NCBI GenBank assembly: GCA_963764165.1
Contig: CAVXRD010000002.1
Location: 3,040,001-3,104,000, forward strand
Reading direction: 5' to 3'
Source: an uncultured Verrucomicrobiae bacterium
GTDB taxonomy: Bacteria > Verrucomicrobiota > Verrucomicrobiia > Limisphaerales > Palsa-1400
Length of the DNA stretch: 64,000 nt
Below the pieces are notes generated by a model. It was not told the DNA's origin, did no database searches, and saw only the letters and a program-made list of their open reading frames with translations. Every line of letters starts with the position of its first letter. Within the stretch, counting starts at the first letter, position 1. This document shows positions 58,368 to 64,000 of this stretch, one piece after another. A program made the position numbers and the translations under genes.

Positions 58368-59015
58368 ATGGATTCCTTTAAACATTCCTGTCCGTTTTGC
58401 AGCCAACGGATTGAGTATACTGCTGGATACTGCGGCAAACAAATGCAGTGCCCAAGCTGCGGCCAGACCGTCACTTTTCCCGCCGTCCCCCCAAAAGCTG
58501 CCGGCCCCTCCCTGAAGTCCAAGAGCTTGAATCGCACAAAGCCAGCCGCCGCGGCCGCGGCGGGAAAGGTCTCAGCGATGTTTGCCGGCTTGCGGAACTT
58601 TGAGCATTGGCAAGTCGTCGGCCAATGCGTGGTGCCCTTCTTGATCATCGGCGCTCTCCTGGGAGGCGCCTTGTTCGTCAAGAATAAATTTGGCTCCCCG
58701 GCGGCGGAAATCGCTGTTCCGACCGTGCAGGCAGATCCCGGCGCATGGGAAAAAGCGTCTGATTTGAACAAGGCGGACACCGCCGTCAAGGCTGCTGTCC
58801 AGACGCTGGCAGCGGCGCACACCGCTTGTGACGCGGCGGAATTGCGCGTCCGCCAGACCAAGGGACTTGAATCCTGGCAGCGCAAGAACGCCGAGGAACA
58901 GCAGGCGCAGGCGCAAGCGAGACTCGGGGCGGCTCGAAAAGAATTCGACCGCGCGTTCAACCGCTATCGCGACCTTGGCGGCACAGTCGATTATCGGGGG
59001 CAGGTTAAATTTTAG
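58368..59015 (+). CDS. Zn-ribbon + TM + coiled-coil hypothetical protein
   Basis: CPFC..CPSC N-terminus, one TM helix, helical C-terminus. Confidence 0.7.
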   Translation: MDSFKHSCPFCSQRIEYTAGYCGKQMQCPSCGQTVTFPAVPPKAAGPSLKSKSLNRTKPAAAAAAGKVSAMFAGLRNFEHWQVVGQCVVPFLIIGALLGGALFVKNKFGSPAAEIAVPTVQADPGAWEKASDLNKADTAVKAAVQTLAAAHTACDAAELRVRQTKGLESWQRKNAEEQQAQAQARLGAARKEFDRAFNRYRDLGGTVDYRGQVKF

Positions 59016-59112
59016 GAAGCGGGCAGCAGGGCTAAATGGGAAGAATGTGAATCGCTCGTCGGGGCCTCGCCCTGGCGGGGTTTGCGGATGATTCGCCAGT
59101 GCTGTTCGGTCG

Positions 59113-60084
59113 TTACTGCTTATCCGGCCACAGCGCCTCAAGAGTGGCGGCGAGCCGGTAGCCAGCCTTTTCGATCTGTTCCTCGGCTGCCTGGTCGGAC
59201 CACTCGATGTATTCCGGAGAAAGGTCTTTGATATGCCATTGGACTCGCGGCGCGCCGGTTCGGGAATCTGTTTGACTGTCGTCCTCGTCGATGACCGTCA
59301 CGTCGTGGACTTTGGCGGATAGCACAACGCTTTCGCTGGCCCAGGCTCGATCCCAATCCATAAAGGGGCCGCGCGTTTTCCAGCGCGGGGCTGGCTTCTT
59401 CAAGAGGAAGGCTGCGTATTCTTTAGGCGTCTCCACGTGCGCTTTGGCCATGTCCGCCCGCACGACCGTTGTGTCCCAATAATAATGCAGTTGGAATTGG
59501 TTCGTGCCGCCATAGAAAAGCTTGTTGCCCCCTTGATCGTCGTGGTACTTGCCGTTGTATCCATTTGGGTCGACGAATTTGGTTTTGTCCAAGTAGCCCG
59601 CGCCGACATGCAATGGTTGATGAAGGTCTTCAATATAATGGGCCAGCAATCTCAAGGCGACACGCGGCGGCACGTCCTTGAAGATCGTTTGCTGTTCAGG
59701 CTTCCCTTGCAAAATCAAGATGCAGGCTGGAATGGCATGAACGACGTCGACATTGGTCGCCCCGATTGAACCATCGCTGTACTTCGTTTCCTCGAATGGG
59801 ATGTCCGTGTAGTGCGAGACGGTGTGATGCGGATTGGCGGTCTTGAACTGAATCATCTCGTCGGTTTGGCCTTCCCGGCCCTTCACCACATCCGCCCAAA
59901 TGGAAGCTGTGGAAAGGCTTTCCTCGCCGAGCAATTCATGGACGTGCTGCGCGGCAACCGTCCCGGCGATCAATTGATCCGCCATTGCGCCAATGGTCTT
60001 GTGCCCTTCGCTGCCCCAAGCGAAAACGGAGGGGCCTGGCCCGGCAACACAAACACACACAAAGACGCCGCAGAGAATTTTCAT
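59113..60084 (-). CDS. Secreted S1/P1 nuclease
   Basis: Mature N-terminus WGSEGH; WAD; H..EDLHQPLH; LHYYWD; AGYRLA. Confidence 0.92.
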   Translation of the reverse strand: MKILCGVFVCVCVAGPGPSVFAWGSEGHKTIGAMADQLIAGTVAAQHVHELLGEESLSTASIWADVVKGREGQTDEMIQFKTANPHHTVSHYTDIPFEETKYSDGSIGATNVDVVHAIPACILILQGKPEQQTIFKDVPPRVALRLLAHYIEDLHQPLHVGAGYLDKTKFVDPNGYNGKYHDDQGGNKLFYGGTNQFQLHYYWDTTVVRADMAKAHVETPKEYAAFLLKKPAPRWKTRGPFMDWDRAWASESVVLSAKVHDVTVIDEDDSQTDSRTGAPRVQWHIKDLSPEYIEWSDQAAEEQIEKAGYRLAATLEALWPDKQ

Positions 60085-60127
60085 GGCCGCGAGTATGGCG
60101 GGCTGGGGGCCGCAATTCAAGAGCGGA

Positions 60128-60320
60128 AGGTAACGCGAGACTCCGTCCGGGCGCAATTTGAACAGGAGAAAGACAGAAGGAGCGGAGACGAAAAAATCAT
60201 CCTTGGGCAAAAACAGCGTTTTTCTCTGTGCTCTCGGTTTTCGTCCTGTTTAGATTCGATGTCTGCCGCCCGCCAAAGTCGGAAACATTGGAATGGGCTC
60301 GACGGAGTCTCGCCCTGCCG
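60128..60320. repeat. Degenerate REP doublet
   Basis: GGTAACGCGAGACTCCGTC.. / ..GACGGAGTCTCGCCCTGCC. Confidence 0.6.
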
Positions 60321-60324
60321 ACCG

Positions 60325-60765
60325 CTAAGCTATCGCTCGACTTTTCGAGGTTTGCGCTGTATCAAGTGCCTGGCGTACGGCTGGAACCAACGCGGCAAGT
60401 TCGCTCTTGAGCACGCGCAAGGGCAGCGCGGCAGAATTTGCATCCGCATCCTCGAAGTTATCCAGATTGCCCGAAAGCACAACGACCGGAGTCGCCGGTT
60501 GCAAGGTGCGGGCCAGTTGGGCAGGGCTGGCGCCGCTCCATCCTGGCACGTTTTGGTCGCACAAAATCAGATCATAAACGCCATCCGCCAGCGCTTTCTC
60601 GAACGCAGGCATCTCGCCGACCAGCGTGATTTTGCACGGCACGCCGCCATTCTGGAGATAATAACTGACAATCTCCGCGTCCAGTTTGGAATCCTCCAAA
60701 TGAAGAATCTTCACCGCAGCCGGTTGCGGATCGGAATGCCTTGTCGTTGGTGTGACCACGTTCAT
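60325..60765 (-). CDS. Stand-alone response regulator receiver protein
   Basis: ILHLED, DLILCD..P, VVLSG, LK motifs. Confidence 0.8.
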   Translation of the reverse strand: MNVVTPTTRHSDPQPAAVKILHLEDSKLDAEIVSYYLQNGGVPCKITLVGEMPAFEKALADGVYDLILCDQNVPGWSGASPAQLARTLQPATPVVVLSGNLDNFEDADANSAALPLRVLKSELAALVPAVRQALDTAQTSKSRAIA

Positions 60766-61146
60766 TTCTTATCGGCAGGAACCTTCTGGCGATTCAACGG
60801 CTCCCCCCAATGACACGAGCATCGCACCAGAGGGATGCCAATGTCACTAGGGATTTCCCTGATTATTTAGTGAGGCGCCTCCGTGCGCTTTCCAGTGTCG
60901 GCCATTGAAAATAAGACTTTGCAGCGACGCCCGTCCATTGTATGGATATGGTCATGGAACGAATCCATGACGTGTGATTGATGCCGGGCCGCGCGAAATG
61001 AACGGATGGAGGCAAAAAGCGATCACTTGAAGGTGGTGTTATTAATCGGACTGCGCAACTCTGCGCATTCTGAAGGGCGAGCTTTTGCCGCCGGACCCCT
61101 CGTGCATGCATAAAAGTCAATTTTGTTTGATTCTTCAGAGCCAATT

Positions 61147-62802
61147 ATGAGCAACAAATCCCTGCAATTCAAAGTCGCAACCGAGGACTGGGAATTTGAA
61201 CAGATCCATGAGCTGAATTACCGCACTTTCGTCGAGGAAATCCCTCAGCATCAACCGTCAGGCACTCCGCGCCTGGTTGATAAATTTCACAACGAGAACA
61301 CCTACTTGGTCTGCCTGGCCGACAAGCGGGTGGTGGGGATGATCGCGGCCCGGGGCCGCCGGCCGTTCTCGCTGGACCAGAAGCTGCCCAATCTCGATTC
61401 CTATTTGCCGCCGGGCCGCCGCGTTTGCGAAATCCGCCTGCTTTCAGTGGAGAAGGCATTCCGGAACAGCCAGGTTTTCCGGGGGCTGACCGCGCTGATG
61501 TGGCAATACGGCTTGGAGCATGGTTACGATCTGGGGGTCATTTCAGGCACGACCCGCCAGACGAAACTCTATCGCCATATTGGTTTTGTGCCATTTGGGC
61601 CGCTGCTGGGGTCGGCGGAAGCCTCATTCCAGCCTATGTATTTGACTCTGGAGAACTTTGAGAAGCAGGCGGAGGAATTTTTGCGCCAGCCGATCCGCCG
61701 CCAGGGCCCGGCCAGCTTTTTGCCAGGCCCCGTTTCGATTCATCCGCTCGTTCGCCGCGCTTTCGAGAAGGCTCCAGAATCCCATCGCGGCGACCAGTTC
61801 ATGGTGGACTTCCAAGCCACCCGCCGCCGCTTGTGCCAATTGGTGGGCGCCCAGCAGGTTCAGATTTTGCTCGGATCGGGCACGCTGGCCAATGATACCG
61901 TCGCCGCGCAGCTTTCTCTCGAAAAGAAACCAGGTTTGATCCTGAGCAACGGGGAATTCGGGGAGCGCCTCATTGATCATGCCAAACGGTTTGGCTTGAT
62001 GTTTGACACATTGAAATTCCGCTGGGGTGAACCTTTCAATCTCTCCGCGGTCGAACAGTTCCTGTCCCGTTCGTCCTCGGTCGGCTGGATGTGGTGCGTG
62101 CATTCCGAAACATCCACCGGCATGCTCAATCCGCTGTCGACTCTTCAAGCGCTCTGCGCCAAAGCCCGGGTGAAGCTATCGGTGGATTGCATCAGCTCCA
62201 TCGGCGTTGTGCCGGTAAATTTGGAAGGCATCTATCTGGCTTCGTGTGCCAGCGGCAAGGGGCTGGCGGGCTATCCAGGTTTGTGCATGGTGTTTCACAA
62301 CCACGCCTTGACCTCCTCGAAATCGCTTCCGCGTTACATGGATCTCGGCTGGTATGACGAGCATCAGGGCATCGCCTTCACGCATTCCTCGAATTTGATC
62401 TATGCGTTGGATGCCGCTGTCCGCCAGCCCAACTGGGCGGAGAAGTTCGACAGCGTCGCCGCGGTTTCCGCGCACCTGCGGAATCGCCTGCGCGAAATTG
62501 GCTTCACGCTGATTGCGCCCGATTCTGAAGCGACTCCGGGAGTGGTCACCATCGCCTTGGCGCCGTCCCAAAGCGCGGTGAAGCTGGGCCAGCAATTGCA
62601 CGGCGCGGGCTTCCTCTTGAGCTACAACAGCGATTACCTCCGCCAGCGGAACTGGATTCAAATTTGCCTGATGGGCCAATTCTCGCAGGAAAAGCTGGAG
62701 TCGCTGGTTAACTGGCTTGCCAAAAACCCAGTTCCCGTGGCGAACCCTCCCTTTGCGCCCCTCCAAAACGGATCGCCCGCCGCTCGCATCGCGACAGCGT
62801 AA
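61147..62802 (+). CDS. GNAT-like acyltransferase fused to class V PLP aminotransferase
   Basis: N-terminal EIRLLSV..R GNAT-like region; FLPGP, GSGT, NGEFG, HSETSTG, DCISS, SGKGL PLP motifs. Confidence 0.85.
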   Translation: MSNKSLQFKVATEDWEFEQIHELNYRTFVEEIPQHQPSGTPRLVDKFHNENTYLVCLADKRVVGMIAARGRRPFSLDQKLPNLDSYLPPGRRVCEIRLLSVEKAFRNSQVFRGLTALMWQYGLEHGYDLGVISGTTRQTKLYRHIGFVPFGPLLGSAEASFQPMYLTLENFEKQAEEFLRQPIRRQGPASFLPGPVSIHPLVRRAFEKAPESHRGDQFMVDFQATRRRLCQLVGAQQVQILLGSGTLANDTVAAQLSLEKKPGLILSNGEFGERLIDHAKRFGLMFDTLKFRWGEPFNLSAVEQFLSRSSSVGWMWCVHSETSTGMLNPLSTLQALCAKARVKLSVDCISSIGVVPVNLEGIYLASCASGKGLAGYPGLCMVFHNHALTSSKSLPRYMDLGWYDEHQGIAFTHSSNLIYALDAAVRQPNWAEKFDSVAAVSAHLRNRLREIGFTLIAPDSEATPGVVTIALAPSQSAVKLGQQLHGAGFLLSYNSDYLRQRNWIQICLMGQFSQEKLESLVNWLAKNPVPVANPPFAPLQNGSPAARIATA

Positions 62803-62889
62803 ACCGAGCGGGAAGATTGCCGCCGATTAATTGGAGCGGCGCCTCCGCGATGACGCGAACCGCGGAGGACGCCAGGACGGAACTGAAGG

Positions 62890-63594
62890 CTAGAAGGAAT
62901 AGCTGACGCCGAGTGTCAGCACCGGCCAGAACTCCGCATAGCGGGCGTCGTGCTTGATTTTGCCGTCGACGGTGGCCAGATCGGAGTTGAATTGTCTTTG
63001 AACATACGGGTTGGGGTTGCTTTCCGATCCCGACAAGCTCACCCGCGGATCGCCCGCGTACATCGCGCCCAATTCACCGACGAGCGCCCAATGATGCTCA
63101 CGGTCGAAATAGCAAAGATTGCCGCGGATGCCGATGTACGGATCGACGGGCTGCTGCTGGATGCGCAGCGCAACACTGCCATCGTAGTGATCTCCTTCGA
63201 CCGTGATCCTGCCAGAGGCGGAGCCGTCAAGCATCAGCTCGTTGATGACCGCGCCCACGCAGATGTGAAATGAGCTGGTTTTCCAAGGATAAATATCCAA
63301 GGTAAGCGGTGCGAACAGGAACTGCGCATGGCCTTGGTAATCGATGTTCTGAATCGTGTCACTGCCCGAGAATGAGAGATAATTGATCCCAGCGCGCAAC
63401 CCCAGGTTATCAATAAATCGCCAACTCACCGTGCCGCCAGGCCCCATCGTGCTGATGGGATCCACTCCCAGCGACAGGGAGCGGTAAGGCGGGGAATTCG
63501 TCAAATCTGTGGCGGATGCGGATCCGACAGCCCCAAAACACGCGACCGCCGCAAGGCCCGCGATAATCGAATATTTGATTGGATATGTTTTCAT
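62890..63594 (-). CDS. Outer-membrane beta-barrel-like protein
   Basis: Signal peptide; alternating beta strands; C-terminal GVSYSF. Confidence 0.75.
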   Translation of the reverse strand: MKTYPIKYSIIAGLAAVACFGAVGSASATDLTNSPPYRSLSLGVDPISTMGPGGTVSWRFIDNLGLRAGINYLSFSGSDTIQNIDYQGHAQFLFAPLTLDIYPWKTSSFHICVGAVINELMLDGSASGRITVEGDHYDGSVALRIQQQPVDPYIGIRGNLCYFDREHHWALVGELGAMYAGDPRVSLSGSESNPNPYVQRQFNSDLATVDGKIKHDARYAEFWPVLTLGVSYSF

Positions 63595-63866
63595 AGGTTG
63601 ACTGAATTTTCACCGGCCCGGCACGGACCAGCCCGCGCCCGAGGGCCAATTCATTTTTGATCGCCAGTTGCTTCTCAGAAAGATGAGGGCATTGCAAGTA
63701 TTATTTGACAGAAGCCGCATAAGGTCCGCTTTTTCTGGTTGCCAAATCCTCATCTTCTGCTAGAAGAATGTGATTGCCAATGAGAAGGGTCTGATTTCCG
63801 TTTGTGCCGATCAAAGAGGGGGGTATCCGGTTTGGAGCCACCGACGGAACGGGGCCTGTGAAAACT

Positions 63867-64000
63867 ATGAAAACAAACTTGCTGCCGCCGCCGACCCTTC
63901 ATGCCGGAATTTCCTGGCTTGCCCGAATGCCATGGGGCTTCGCAGCGGCCCTGATCCTTTTCGTTGGGTCTTCGGCCTTTGGCCAGAATTCCTTTTCGGT
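63867..64000 (+). CDS. Start of a probable secreted protein (truncated by window end)
   Basis: MKTNLL..WGFAAALILFVGSSAFGQ signal-peptide-like, open to window end. Confidence 0.5.
   Translation, partial: MKTNLLPPPTLHAGISWLARMPWGFAAALILFVGSSAFGQNSFS

Overview
GC-rich bacterial DNA, most likely Verrucomicrobiota (Pedosphaera-like). This is inferred from the many prepilin/H-X9-DG genes, the Ig/LamG secreted proteins and the gene order, not from a marker search. Housekeeping content: nusB, nusA-infB-rbfA-nrnA-truB-ribF, gcvT-gcvH-RDD-lspA-rluD, a UvrD/PcrA helicase, an AlkA-like glycosylase, ade and tRNA-Arg(ACG). Accessory content: six prepilin-type genes, two very large secreted Ig-domain proteins, a GH2 enzyme, an S1/P1 nuclease, TolC/MFS/SulP transporters, a BNR-propeller plus MoaD-like pair and a GNAT-aminotransferase fusion. 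Main leads: (1) back-to-back 11-bp-period Pho-box-like arrays between an H-X9-DG prepilin and a large secreted protein that is followed by a histidine phosphatase; (2) repeated pairing of H-X9-DG prepilins with giant secreted proteins sharing a C-terminal TTNL..W..F[YF]xV tail, a candidate sorting/display system; (3) several families of palindromic repeats, some nested and at least two apparently in frame inside cleavable leader peptides; (4) a ~120-aa domain inserted in the active-site segment of a BSP peptidase. No CRISPR array, rRNA or intact transposase/integrase was seen.
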